NCBI RefSeq assembly: GCF_964188315.1
Contig: NC_135663.1
Location: 59,830,001-59,894,000 of the forward strand
Direction of reading: 5' to 3'
DNA from: Podarcis muralis
Taxonomy: Eukaryota
Length of the DNA stretch: 64,000 bases
Shown: one piece after another, positions 37,801 to 52,800 of the stretch
How positions within the stretch are numbered: the first letter of the stretch is position 1
Layout of the letters: the number at the start of each line of letters is the position of its first letter
The notes under the pieces: model-generated
What the model was told of the DNA's origin: nothing
Databases searched by the model: none
The model's input: the letters and a program-made list of their open reading frames with translations, nothing else
Made by a program: the position numbers and the translations under genes

Positions 37801-40800
37801 ATGGTTTTGGAACACTACCGAAAATGCTTGATCATCCAAGGTCTCCAAGCCGGTAGTAGACTAACTATTCTTTATCTGAAATGTTTGCTCTTTCATATCC
37901 AACATTGGTATAGTATAACCGTAATGCACTATTCTCGTAACACATTTTCACACAGCTCATTCCATCATAAACATTGTCACAAGAATGTTATCTTGATGGG
38001 GAAATAGTCTCAGTTTGACTATCATTATCCTTATGTGTTCTGCATGTGCACTGATGCCCAGTGGGATCTTCTGGCCCTTGCCATCAACTTATTGCATTGA
38101 GCAGGTGCTTAAAAGGACTGGATTCAAGATCATGTAGGGTTTCCAATCACATGGAATACCATATGTGCATACAACTGTACGCACTGTACATGAAAAAAAA
38201 ACCTTTTACACCTACTGTATGCAGATTGCTTGGGGCTGAACCAGCAAGCATGAACCCCACTCCTACACACATTATTTCCCTCAGAGGATTCTGAGCTCTG
38301 AAGGTTGTGAAGGGTTGCTGGGAAGGGGTAAACTACAGTGCCCATAATTTTTTAAGGGGAAGGATATGCTTCAAATGTGCTTTAAAAGTGTGGTGTGTAC
38401 ACAGCCTTAATCAGTCGAAACATATACTATGAGAATGAGGCTGCTAATTGAAGTTGACAACACTACAAGCAGCAAATTCTGGACAGAAATAGATGAAAAA
38501 TAGAGGGGGTATGTTTGATGCGCATTGTAGATAGTATTTCAGTGTGTGAAAGGGTGTGTGAAATGTGGCAATGCTAGGGTTCATATTTCACAGCTTGAAA
38601 GTTTAGGAAAAGCCTGCTGTTAAGTCTGAACAAGAGTTTTTAAAGCTGTACTGTGTTGACATTCCTAAATACCTGAAGTAATTTCTTGTTCAAACTGAAC
38701 ATAGTTAACACTAATTACTGCCATTTGTTCAGAGTTTAATAACTAAAAGAGTGCCACCAGTTATCATTGTCTGCTTCTCAGCCAAATGACCTCATGACGG
38801 CTCATTGAGTGTTTTCTGTCCTCATATTTAAGAGGAATCAAGTTAATTGCAAAAAGCCAGGTGTTAGGACATAGAAAATACATTTCCAATATTCAGCAGC
38901 TGACTCTAACCAGAAGAATTATCAGGAATAGCTAGCCTATCATAGTTTTTCTGTACAAGAGAAAAGTATTTCAGAATGCCATCAATTCTGGTCTGTTTTC
39001 TGTAAGTCTTTCATACTTACAGTACTTTCATAAAGTACAATGTAGTTCAGTGGACTGAATATCAGACTTGGGTCAGGAGCGTTGGGCTATGACTACCAGA
39101 GCCGTACTGCATGAGCTTTCTCAAAAAATACCTCGGCCCTAATGATTTCCTGTCTATTAATTATGTGCATGCTGTCACATCCACAAGAGCAGCATGGAAA
39201 TTATCTGTAAAAAGCCCACTGCATACTCTGAAATAAGGGTGGCAAGTTCTTTCAGTTTTGGTTCTTTCAGTTTCTCGTTTTTCCAATCTTAAATTTGGTT
39301 CTCCACATTTCTGCAGAAATTTGCAAAATTTCTTTTGAAAAATTCTCATGAAAATTCTTAGCCATTTTGGTACACATTTCTCCTAATGGAATTTTATTAT
39401 TTGTGGGGGAAAAACAAAACAAAAAAAAACAACCCATCTGCCCCAGCAACTCTGGGTGGCTAATAAATGCATTTTTGTAAACATTGGTCGGTTGGAGAAG
39501 TGCATTTCAAAGAATGACTATGTTTCAGTTCTCATGCGTTATAGAAAGTACAAAATTGATAAATTTGACTTAAAATGCAAATGGAATTGAATTTGTCCCC
39601 CATCCCTACTCTGGAATAGATGGGGATCAGGGAAGAGGAGAGGGAGTGATTCTATTACCCGTTCTCTTTTCCACCACCTCACCCCAAAGTTCACTGCAGA
39701 GGAAGGAATACAGCTTACCTTTGATCAACTAGCCTCCCCTCAAATATCCACCAACAGAAAGTTCGCTTCCCTTCTTCAGGGACAGTGGCGGTTGCGACAT
39801 TGTGTAGCCTCAGTGTGCTGAGGTGGGGGGAAGAGGGCATTCCGTCACCCACATAGCCTTGGCTGACTGTGGGCCTTTCAGGACAGCCTATTAAATGTTG
39901 TTTGAATTGGCCGATCATGGCATTTGGCGGGAGGAGCCAAGACCCTTTAAATGCCAGCCACGATAGATACGGTCCTCCAAGACAAATCAGTTAGGGACAG
40001 GAGCCACATTAGGGAACGGTCCCTGCCTTTCTGAAGGTCACTACTCATTCATAAGGATGACACCTACTTATCCAGATACCAGTTCACTGCAGTTCTCAGA
40101 AAAGCCATTATGGAATGCGGCCTCAAGGCTAGAAAATTTGCTTCGCATTCCTTCTGCATAGGCATAGCCACCACAGTCCTCCAGTAGGGCCTTCCACCAG
40201 CCCACATAAAATCACTGGGTTTCTGGCAATCATCCACATGAAAGTGCTATGTGCCCACTGGAATGGTTGAGATTACTGCTTCATGTTGATGTTTTTCTTC
40301 CAGGCACAGGCCACAAGCAAGTTTGGATCTGTGGCACAGCATAGTGCAGTTTGTTCACAGAGAAGCCCCACCCCACCCGCCCCCGCCGTTTCATTTCCAT
40401 GAAACATGTACTTAAATCCTTTCTAGCAGAGCTTGCTTTTTTATAACATTTGCTCCCTAGTCCCTAATCAGTTGCAATACAAAATGGAAGATTTACTGGC
40501 CTGCATTATCTCATAAAAACATTTACACCAATCAGCAGTGATAACCTTGTAATCAAGGGGTCTATTTAAAGGCAGAATTGCCAGGTGCGCTCTGCAGGAA
40601 ATATGCATATCAGACTAGCTCATCCTGACCTCTCAAATATAGTTAATGTAGTTTGAAACACACCTGGCTGACTGAAGTTGGCCTCCCCCCGACCCCACAA
40701 AAAACACTCAAATGAAATGCATTGGTTTCTTAACTCCATTTAGTCAGAGCTATTCTTTCTACAGACACTTCCAGTGACTAGAATTATCAGTAAAATTAAA

Positions 40801-43800
40801 TTTATTACTACTACTACTATTATTATTAATGAGTGGGCCTGGGCAAGCTCTCTATTAATAGCTCTCTATTAAATAGCTCTCTATTTATTTCTGGAGACAC
40901 ACACCTAGATGCTCTTTTCCTCTTCTGTTTGACTATTAATGTTCCTCACCAACCCTGTAATAGGTGCTGGAACTCATGTTTCCTCTGTAACAATGGAGGA
41001 AAGGTGTTTTATGTGTCCTGACCAAACCTTTCTGCTTGTGATTTGGACAATAAAACTCCTGGAACATGTGCTTAATATCATGCTATAAAAACAATAAATG
41101 TTTCAGATTTCTAATGCCAAAAGAAATAATTATAATAGAGAACACATTTTTATATTTAAAAAATCAAGATTAAATAATTGAACCATATGTCAAAATTAGA
41201 CTGTTTTTACACTTGACAATACATATGTTAATACTTGCCAATCATAGTTAGTGTTCCACAAATTCTCTCATCTCTTAAGAACAATAGTTTTCTTTTCACT
41301 CATCTCCTTGTCAGCTGCCCTTATCACTCAGCCCTCTGCTTTCTTACCACTCTTCATTTGACACATAACCAAATTCCCAGTCCCCTCTAGTAGCTATTAA
41401 TAGCTATACCTTTGGTGTGATTTCCTTCTGTCCCTGTCATGGGTTTAGTACTTCACAGTACTAAGTGATATCAAGAGCTTTCTTTACTGTAAAAGTAATT
41501 CATTTCTTGAACCTGCAATCCTATACATCATTGATGTTCTTCGACTACAACTCCCTTCATTTCTGCCAATGGGCCAGGATGGTTCAAGTTGGGATGGGAG
41601 TTAGAATCCAACAGCTTTAGGAGAGTCACCAGTTCTGCATCCCTGCCATGCATACTTATCTGGGATTAAGCTCCACTGAACTGGAGGTTACTTCCAAGTG
41701 GGCATATCCTGATTGGTTACTCCTTCAGGGTTGAGCCTGGGTTCAGGTATCTCCCCAAATGAGGAGTCCCACCAGGCTGCCAGTAGGGTGTCTAGACCAC
41801 CAGATACAACTCTCCCTCTAGACTCCTTTACTGGGGTATCCTGCACTTTGATCCTGACCTAGGAGTGGATGAGGCTCCACTCCCCACCTCAACACTTAAG
41901 ACTATGGATCCAGCCCATGTCTTTTTCCGCCAAAGTTATGACAATTGCTACGAAAAAGGCAAAACGCCCAGACAGGCTCAATAGGTCCACAGGCAAATTC
42001 CTTCCTGGCCCTGAAGACAATGATCAATTAGCTCCACAGCAATGATTCAGGTAGGTAGCCGTGTTGGTCGAAATATATATAAAAAAAAATTATGTGCCAT
42101 ACATGTGCGCTGCTCACCTACCTCCAGGCAGACCAGACATATGGGGTGAGTATGCTGCCCACTCCCAGTGCATCCAGCCTTTAAAGGGTCTTGTCTCCTC
42201 CTTTCAAAGGCCATGATCGGCCAATTCAAATAAAACTGAGCAGGCAATTCCAAGTGCCCCTGCAGCCAGCTGAAGCCAATGATGAAATCAGCCAGCCATG
42301 TCGGTGCTGGAATGCCCTCTCCCTGTGGCTCACCATGCTGTGCCGCTGTCCCCAAAGGAGGTAAGCAGTCTTTACTGAATACAATTACTAAATACAACAA
42401 TTAAGTAATTGTCTAGTATAAAAAAACTGAAACCAAATATAATCAGACTCCAAATGTTTGGCAACTAGGTGAACATTTAGGTATTTTATGTCAAAAAATT
42501 GCAAGAGTATTTTAAGAAAAATATGGAATAAAATACCTTACTATCTCTTCATTTTGTTACAACGTAAGGTATATTAGGGATTGTGTAGATGAACAGTGAC
42601 AGGAAGCCCCAAACATGCCTTTAAACAACTAAATGAATTAACCTCATAAAATGATGGGACATTGCTTTGGGCAAGTGGGGGAGGGTGACTTTGCTGGTAT
42701 CTGCCACTTCTTTTTCATGTCTCGATGAGCACTCCCATACTGGAGTGGTGCAACAAAGAAGTGTTCAACTGCTAATGCACTAAAACAAAATACACACACA
42801 TAAATATAAATCACAAAAAGGCTTGGACATGGGAAACGATTTGAAGAAAAACAAAGCAATCATATTCCATGTAGGCAGACTATATATTTTTCCACAGCTG
42901 CCACATGGAGAGGGCATCATCACTTGGGTATAAAAAGGTAAAGGGACCCCTGACCATTAGGTCCAGTGATCAATCATGATTAGTGGGTCTCAGTACCACA
43001 GGAGCTAATGGTGGCATGGAGGGCTGTCAAATGTGGTTTTATATGATACACCTATGTACCTGTATTTGCCATCTTTAAGCAATCACCGACATTGCACAGA
43101 TGAGCACTGCATATGATTTAGTGTGTAATCACATGGAAACATTATGTGTGAATCAATGCTAATCACTCTGTGAATTAAGAGATTTCTTCACTCTGAACTG
43201 ATTTCCACTCAGATATACCAGCACACCTGCAGCAACTAAAATTCACAAAGTGGAAAACGATAATCATTAACATTTATTTATTTTAGCTTATTTAAATATA
43301 ATTTTAATAGCCTTGAAATAAGAAAAGCAGCCAGCACCCTGATTTGGAAACCTGAAGGGGACTGCAGCCTAAATAGGGAATAAGGTTGACTGGAATTTGA
43401 TGAATTAGGTTTGCTAGTGTGGTGCGGTGGGTACATTGCTAGACTTCCTTAGAAAAACTTTCTAAGTCTATAGGTATGCATGAAGCTCATAAAAATAAGG
43501 GTTCATCCACACATCCATGTTCATCACTTGTTGACTGTAACATCAAGGTGGCCCAAAGAGTAACCAGAATCAATACCATTATTTGGCTGTCTCTTTTTTC
43601 ATTGCAGATCAAAGCCCCTTCAAAATCATGTATCCATCATCCTTTAGTATGCAGCTCATCTCACTCTCTTGTCTGTAAAAACGATCGTGATTTTCTCCTC
43701 CTTTTCTCTTTGCACTGGATTCTTGCCTTCATCACATTCACTTAAATTTCTTTGTACTTCTAAATGCTTGAACCTCTTTGCTCCTTTTAATATTTCTTGT

Positions 43801-46800
43801 TTAATCTTTATACTCCTCCTAGAGCTGTATGTTCCTCTGGTACTAATCTCTTACTTAGATCAAAGATTACATCTGTTTTTCTCATGCCTCTGCCTATTTG
43901 CTTTGGCAGTAGTTTATCTCTGGAACTCATTGGCTCATTTGATTCAACCCTTCTGCTCTTTAACAAGTGCTTCAAATAATATCCATTTTCATGTAACTTT
44001 TCCAATTATCAAAATTTAGCAATCTATTTTCTCTTGCTGTCCCACCTTACCCACTCCTTCTTTCCTTTTCCACCTGCACCTATTTAGATTGCAAACCTGC
44101 ATACGTGGCTCAAGGAGAGGCGAAAGGGGATATGTGCCACAGGTGAGAGGGGAAACAAACAGCACCCTGCCCTAATGTCATTTAACAGAACCACAAAAAA
44201 GTATTTCTCCCCTTTGTGTCCCAAAACACAAAGAAAAGAAGGCCTTCCTTCTCTCAGTGGTGGTGGTGGCAGGGAAACATGAATAGTCTTTCCCCTCTTC
44301 ATCATCCCTTTGTCACTACCGCCACCAGGAAAAGGAAGCCTGCACAGGACAGAAGGGGAGAAAGAGTTTTCCCACTTAATGCTGTCCATCCTCGCAGGGC
44401 CAGCCTGGCTCAATAACCCATGAACCACAGGGCTGGCTTGATGCACTCAAGTCCTGGTGGCATCCAATGGAACCAAAAGCCTAGGAAAGCTGGAACAACT
44501 TGAGCCTCCTTGCCTCTCTAGCAACCTCCTAGCACCAAGAGAGGAAGAGGTGGAGCCACCATCACCATGGCACAGCATGGAGCTGTAGCAGACAAAAGGG
44601 AGGTGCCCAGCAGCAGGCTAAAGTGGGGGGAGATCTGTGTCAGAAGTGGCCCAAGGATGCTGCAGAGGTGAGCCAAAGGAGGGAAAGGAGAGAGGAGTTT
44701 CAGAGAACCATCTATGGGGGGGGGGGGGGATTGGCTGGTGTTGGCACACTCTACACATGGGCAAGGGCCATGCTGCACTTCCCCGCCTCCCCAAGATGAC
44801 TCCCTGGCACTGGGAAGGAAAGGAAATTGGGGAGAGTAAGGTGTGGAGGCTAAGCCTCAGGACATGTGGGTGACCTCCTGGCTCCCATTCATCCTCCTGT
44901 GTTTCTCTCCCTTCGCTCCAGCAACTGTCCAGACTTCTGCCCCCTGTGGCAAAATGTATAGATCCAGGACTGTAAGCTTGCTAGTTCTGCTTAAGACTTG
45001 AGAAATAATAATCTTCAATATTATAATGTATCTTCTGGTGTCAACACAAAACACAGTATTTTTCAAGTGTTGTCCTTATTAAACTGAAAAGCACAATTAT
45101 GTGAACATAACAAGAGTAGGGCTCCCCATGCCTGGCCTAAAACAAGTCTGTGTCTTCATTGGCTACACGGATGGAAAACTTAACCTTTGGCTGGAATACC
45201 TGTAAGGTATTCAGGGTGAAATAATGTGTGGAGGGGATGGCAGTAGCTGGCCCCATTGAAACCTCGCCACAGAGCCTAAAAACCACATGCATGGTTCTAT
45301 AGGACTATAGAAACCACCAAATATTCAGCTGCAGGGGTACTGATGGGAGAAATGGAATGTATATCTTGCATAAAGCTACTCAAAGTACAACACATCAGGC
45401 AAAAACTACCTCAGATAGGTAAGAATTCATTTACATTTAAGATGAGCTGTATTATCTAGGGAAGAGGACAAATGCTTTCACAGGACATTTCAAAATGCTG
45501 CATATTGAATTCTGCCACTAAATTAAATGTGGATTATGATGCATCCAACTGGCCCATAATCTATAACAAAATCATTCACAAGAGTTAATATGTTCAAACT
45601 GTTATAAGAATACTATTTAGTTGTCCCTGAGTAATACACTGCAGCTTGTTCCTTTGAGCTCATTTAGCTTGGCAAAAATCTGTTGGAGACTGTCATCCAC
45701 AGCTAAATTATTTCAATAAAAAAGGCCATATGGTTTAACTCTAGGCTGCATTGCCATGATTCAATATTTGGTTGTAGTTAGTTCTAATCACCCCATTTTA
45801 GTTCCCAAATACCTGTCATCACCATCACTGATGCACTCAGGAAGAGCAAGGCTACAGCCGAACAGCATGATGTGTTGATAGCAGCTGAGGCGGTTGAGAT
45901 AACCGAAGAACTTGAGAAACTTTTCCATTTCAATGCTTTTGACAATGGAAAGGACTGGTGTTAAAGTGGTGTGGTTATATGGCAGCATTTGGCACTGGCT
46001 GTAGGTGATACTTATGCAGGAACCTGTGAAACAAGAACATATGCGGGGGATGAACAACATTATTATACTACAAAGTAATATTGGCTGAATAGTTGAAATA
46101 AATATGTGACATTTAGCTGCCTCCTCTGTTAGTACACTACTTTCTTGTTGTTTTTCTCACTTCCAACCTCATTTACATTTCCTTCTTTTTGATATACTGT
46201 TGCCCACTCTACACCCTGCCAGCACCCGTTTTGCCCCTGGGCACATGGAGCAACACCCCTCCTCTATTGTCTTCCCTTCAACAGCTAGCATTCAGGATTT
46301 TACTACATCCGAACATATAATGCCTAATAACCATTGATAAAGACTCTATGAATCTCTCCAAAATTCTTTTCAAGTCCTCAAGGCCACTGGGCATCACCAC
46401 ATCATATGGAAGTGAATTGCATAAATTAAATATAATATGCATTGTGTGAAGTCATTTCATTTGTCTGTCCTGGTACATTAATTTCATTGGGAGAACTTGA
46501 CTTCTAGTATTATAATTGAAAGAAAACATATATTCAGATTTTCCACACTATGAAGAGTTTTATTACCTAATTTTTTTCCATTTGCCACCTTTTTTCTAAA
46601 CTAAAAAGTTCCAAATGTTTTCTGCTTTTGTCAAAGGGAAAATGCTCAAATCACTACTACATTATTTGAATGCTGTTCTCTACACCTTCTCTAGCACGAT
46701 GCTTTCCCAGTTCACTAATTTCAGCCACACCATGGATTTACATAAAGGTATTATTATATATCAGCAGTTTTCTTTTCAATCCCTCTCTTTGTAATTCCAA

Positions 46801-49800
46801 ATATGGGATTTTCCTTGTTTTCCAGCCTTCCAACCCTACTTACAACACAAGTAAGTGCCACTGAGTTCAATGGGTGTATTGGATTGCAGCCTGCCTAAAC
46901 AGACTCAAAATTAACATTGGTTGGTCCTTTCTTCCTTCATTTTAGTTTATTCAGAGTATTTATTATTCTTTATAAGAATACAGAAATGTACAATATGCTA
47001 CAGTAGTATAGAACTATAATTAATACTGTGCAATTCCCACAAAATATTATTCATAAATACAGTTTTAATATCCGGTAATTAATTACATCATTAACCATTT
47101 AAAGAGGAAAAAAGAACCTAGTAATAATCCTTCCCCAGCTCAATTATTTCATCTATACTTTGTACTCTTAAATTTTCCCCAACAAATAGTATGAATTCAC
47201 TGAATCTTGCACTTTACTGTTCCAATATAAAAAAAAACCCTCAATTTTTCTATAATAAAACATTTTCTCATTGTCTACCCTCTCTCATTTTAACCAGATT
47301 TGTTAATTTTACCATATGCACCACATCCCAGGCTTTAGTTAAGCAAAGAGGTGGCACTTTTCTAGTTCTGAAATATTATGTTGATAGCAGCCATTTACAA
47401 ATAAGTTGTCATATCTATATCTACTGGTATTCCATGCCCCTCACCGGGATATCCAGATAATATTATCATTAGATCTCTTGGGAAGTTGTAGCCCATTATT
47501 TGTTTTCAGCATTTGTTTTCAGGCTATGAAATTCTGCTTTCTTTTAGCATCTCCAATTCTTGTATTTGTACATATTTCTGACCTCTGTCTTACATGTGCC
47601 TCTGTAGGTCATGTCAAAAATTCAGTTCTATAAATGTCTACTCAGAAGTAAGGCCTGTTGGAATAAATGGGATTTACTCCCAGGTAAATAGTATAGCAGT
47701 ACTGTCTTATTTTAATTAGAAGCATCTAACATTTCAGGGTTTAAACATATGTCATATGTTGTCATATGTTGCAGATCCTTGTCATATGTTGCAGATTGCT
47801 TTCAAGAGTTTTTCTTACGCAGCATGTATAAATTCTATTTATTTTTAAAGTGACAACTTAACTAAATTTTCCTTTCAGTGTTCCTTTCTTTTATCTTCCC
47901 TCTAATTTATGTCCAAGTTTCCACAACATATTACAGTCTCTTAATTAAATAAACAACTTATAATAACATCACTTAGCTTTTGCAGTTCCATGCATTTTAC
48001 AATGCAAGGGTTCCCCAATGCTATTCCTAACACATGGATACAATATTTATTGCAACATGTTTTGCCTCTATTAATATATTTAAACAACCAATTTCATACT
48101 ATATGTTGCACATTTTTGCAATTAAATTCTTAGAGACCACCTCTTCCACTATAAGGCCCCACACTTTGGCAATTAAGATATTCTAGCAATGTGCTGTTCA
48201 AAATCTCTTGAGAGGTTAGAACAGCAGCTGGGAAGAACAGGGTTTTCCACTGCATAACCTGAGGCTCTACAACCACTACGCAGAGGAGATAAAGAATACT
48301 GTCTAAAGGACATTTGACAGTCATGTCTAATTAACATACAGAAATGCCATACTTGGTGCAAGCATACATTGGTCCAGCTCATTCTTGAAATACTGCATAA
48401 ACATAAAGCTGTGTACAGGATTATCCCCATTAGTTTTGATTCCATCCAATGAGCTTGTAACCCCATTCTGCAGGCTACAGGGAGATACTTCTGTCTGGAT
48501 AAGCTCTGGGGCTAACCCAATTTATTTTATATAATGTTCAATAATGGAGTGGCTAAATCTTTGGAATAAATTACTTAAGTTTTATGTGGCATTACACACA
48601 CAAACACAATTTCCATTTCTTAAACTGAGCCATGTTGTACTGACCCTCATTGGAAACAATTGGGAATCCTCTGGTCTAGGATCTTCCAAAAATATTATTG
48701 GCCAGAAGCTAAGATGAACTGTACACATGCCTCATAGGGACAAAAGTATTACTTTCCAATAGTCATTCCTTCTTCACTTCAGAATTGTGAAAACAGCAAT
48801 TCTGAAAGGGGAATGTCATCTATTCCCCTTTCAGTTTAGTCCTCACCAAACTATAGTTCTCAGGATTAGGTAAAGGTAAAGGTACCCCTGCCCGTACGGG
48901 CCAGTCGTGGCCGACTCTGGGGTTGCGTGCTCATCTCGCTTAAGAGGCCGGGAGCCATCGCTGTCCGAAGACACATCCGGGTCACGTGGAAAGCGTGACG
49001 AAGCTGCTCTGGCGTGCCAGCACCAGCACAGCGCACGGAAACGCCGTTTACCTTCCCGCTATAAAGCGGTACCTATTTATCTACTTGCACTTAGGGGTGC
49101 TTTCGAACTGCTAGGTGGGCAGGAGCTGGGACCAAACGACGGGAGCTCACCCCGCCGCGGGGATTCGAACCGCCGACCATGCGATCGGCAAGTCCTAGGC
49201 ACTGAGGTTTTACCCACAGCGCCACCTGCGTCCCAGATTATTATTAATCCGCGTTCTCAGGATTATTGGGTAGCAAATAGCTAAACTGGTACAAAACCAG
49301 AATATATTTGTAGTATAGATGCAGCCAAAGAACTTCTCCGGACAATCTGTTTAGGGACTAGTCACCCTGATTTGCTTGCACACAGTGCTATATTTCTAGA
49401 TTATAGGATATTGCATCATCAACTGGAGCTTTGGATGGGTTGTACCAAGTGCTATATTTTCTAGAAAAAGAGGTGCTGGAACTCACCATGAATGCTTCCC
49501 TTGATCTCTTATCATAGCAATGGCACCTACCTGAGAGGTGCCAGAACCAGGTTTTGACAAGTTCTGGCTGGAAAAAAGCCCTGCTTACATAAAGCTTACT
49601 AAAGACTATATCTGCTCTTTATTGAGCATTTGTTCTGATTGATTTGTGGGGTAGTTACATGACAATTAACATTCATCCTGATTTGCTTGTGGGGTATTTG
49701 TGTCTTCCAATTTATTCATCTCACACTTCTCAATACACTTTCCCATCACTTTCCAATCTTCTTTAACTGTGCAATCCTAACATTTCAGTATGCACTTGAA

Positions 49801-52800
49801 TCTGTCCTGCAGAAATACTAAGTTTAGAAGCCCCCTAAAAGTCTCTACAACCAACAATCCAGGTGTCTTCTGATTTGCAGTATCAATCAAATTATCAAAT
49901 AATGTGTCACGTGACTAATATGCTGATAATGCAAAAATCAAACTAACACCACAACTTTTCACCAAACCACCACCTCCCTGATGTTATTTGAAAATACTTT
50001 TTTCACATATAAAGTAAATTTTAAACCAACTTTTATATCACTAGTGTCAGCCTATCTTCCCCTTTGGTGTAAAATTATAGTAACAAAGAATGCCAGAACA
50101 GCACTTGGTACAACCCATCCAAAGCTCCATTTGATTATGCGATATCCTATAATCACTTGAGTTTATATTCATTTTAATTTATTTATAGCGTTTCTATGCT
50201 GCCTATGTGTTCTATGGAAACACAATGATGATCTTTTCCCATGAGCAGATTTTTTTAACATATAAACTGTGTGTCTGGTTAAAAAGGTGTGTGTTTACAA
50301 AAATACCAAAATATTTTTGAATGTGTATGCATTTCAGTTCCTCTGTTGGAATCGGAAACTATTTTCTTTCATATCATTTGCTTCTTTCTGGAAACATTTT
50401 TTCAGAACAAAGCATGACAGGCTGCTAGATCAGTTATGACAGCCAATAAGCTATACTATAAAATGAACACAAATGCACTCTCATATCATAGCCTCTAGTC
50501 CAGACATGGAGCAAAACCAATGCTGCCATTCCAACTGTAGAAGGACTTGTGATCCAATGGAAGCGTCCACTAACCTAAGAGAAGAGGGAGCAATTTCCCC
50601 ACTGCAGTTCTGTGCCCTCTGAAAATCTTTTTCCAGCAATGTGGAAAGTGGCACAAAGGCTGCAAGAGAGGAAATTAGCAAAAACTGCCTCCCCTTCAGC
50701 TGGATTAGAAAACATTCTGCAAGAACAGCAGCACTGAATTTGCAAATATTTTCTTTCATGAGATGTAAAACTTACAATTGGTCTTTTAAAAATCAATTGG
50801 TTTTTTATATTTAAAAAACCAGTCATACACAACTCTCAGCAAATAAGAGTTTATACTCTATAGGCCATAATCTTTGTCAACAATTTTATAAGGCTGAATT
50901 AACTAAATTCCACTTAATTTATGTACTTAGTAAGCCACCAAAAAAATAAAAATAAAACATTAAGGAAAGTGAAAGATTATAAGTAAACAGGTTGAACTAT
51001 AGATGCAACACTATTGGCTCAAGACTTAAAGGAGCTCTTGTTCTTTACAGTGGTGCCCCGCAAGACGAATGCCTCGCAAGACGAAAAACTCGCTAGACGA
51101 AAGGGTTTTCCGTTTTTTGAGTCGTTCCGCAAGACAAATTTCCCTATGGGCTTGCTTCGCAAGACGAAACGTCTTGCGAGTTCTTGCGAGTTTGTTTCCT
51201 TTTTCTTAAAGCCGCTAAGCCGCTAGGCCGTTAATAGCCGCTAAGCCGCTAAGCCGTTAATAGCCGCTAAGCCGCTAATAGCTGTGCTTCGCAAGACGAA
51301 AAAACCGCAAGACGAAGAGACTCGCGGAACGGATTAATTTCGTCTTGCGAGGCACCACTGTACATGAAATTGCTTTTAATGGTACTTCTGTTGCACTTCA
51401 AGGGCTTTTTCATGCTGTCAAATTATTCCAGGCAATCATATATGTGGGTATAAAACTGTGTGGAAAAAATATCAGGATGTAGGAAATCAGTAGCCATCTC
51501 TGTCTTCACGGTTGCTGGAAAGCAACTGTCTGCAATCTCGGAAATGGCTACTGGCTCTACACAACCTTGTGCCTGCAATACACAATCTCAAGAAGAAATC
51601 TGACATTGTGAACTACCTCTAACCTCACTGAGTGTTTGGTAGCAGAGATACACAATATGATGAGTTCAGGACATTGGGTAGAAATTTTTCTACATGCTTT
51701 AAAATAGTGAGTAAGGGAAGAACTTAATATGTGGATACTCTTTTTTATTATTTCTTACATTAGTCGCTTGACACAGAAGAGAAAGAATGACATGCTGGTA
51801 TGGTTTGCACAGTCTAGGTCAACAGCCCCATGCTCTGCGTGTGCCTATGGCTACTCTTCTTTCTTTGTCTTGGATAATTTATCCATCACAGTGTTCTGTT
51901 GCTCCAGAAGTGGTTTAGTCATGCTGGCCACATGACCCAGAAATCTGTCTGTAGACAAACGCCGGCTCCCTTGGCCTAAAAGCGGAGATAAGCGCCAGAC
52001 CCCATAGTCTAATTTGACTGGAGTTAACCATCCACGGGTCCTTTACCTTTTACCTTACCTATGGCTACTCTTCTTCCTTTGCCTTAGTTAAATTATCTCG
52101 GAAGGTAATAGAGTATTGCAGGTAGACTGCTGTAGTAAATATTTGTGCTTGCTTTAATCTATAAACACACAAAGCACATGTTCCACAAATATTTCTATAA
52201 CAGAGCTGTTCCCTAAGTTTACTATAGAAAAATGTTAACTTCACTCTAAAATTAGGTTTAGTCGGCCTCTGCCAGGGGCCAAGTTGTTTTTAAAAAACAT
52301 TGGGTTTTTCAATTATACAGGAACAAGGTATAACTTAAGATGAAGGCACCAAAAGAGAACAACCCCATTGCAAAAATGAGGTATTGGACTGTTAAGAGTT
52401 GCAGGGCCTGCCCTGTGGAACTCCTTGCCCCCCCCCCAAAAAAAAAAAAAATTTGGCAGGAATCCTTCCTGCTTTGCTGTTGGAAAGACATGCAGTTGAG
52501 AATGAAGCAAAGGAGGCTTTTTGTTTCTTCCATTTTGAAAGGTAATAAGAGATCACAGAGAATTGCTAGCAACTGCTTGGTAGTTATGTATGTATGTATG
52601 TATGTATGTATGCAACTATGCATGTATATGTAACACAATGGATATAGGGAAGGAATATCAATTAACTTATGAGAAATTAAAATAAATCACTTAAAAGAAG
52701 AATATACCCCGCTCTGTGTACATGTTAGAACCAATAACTACCCCAGCCAGGCTAGCCCTACCTTTAGACAGAGTGAGGCAACAACTGTTTTGAGCTGGCC

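Noticed and set aside
40852-40886. Short tandem arrays as CRISPR-like or regulatory repeats (also 37083-37137 and 47750-47795)
   Set aside because: These are 2-3 imperfect adjacent units without unique spacers in a vertebrate intron; ordinary slippage duplications.
48907-49284. 125-aa ORF, and similar ORFs at 10771-10956, 13562-13747 and 62995-63222
   Set aside because: These are translations of GC-rich Sauria SINE sequence, not genes.
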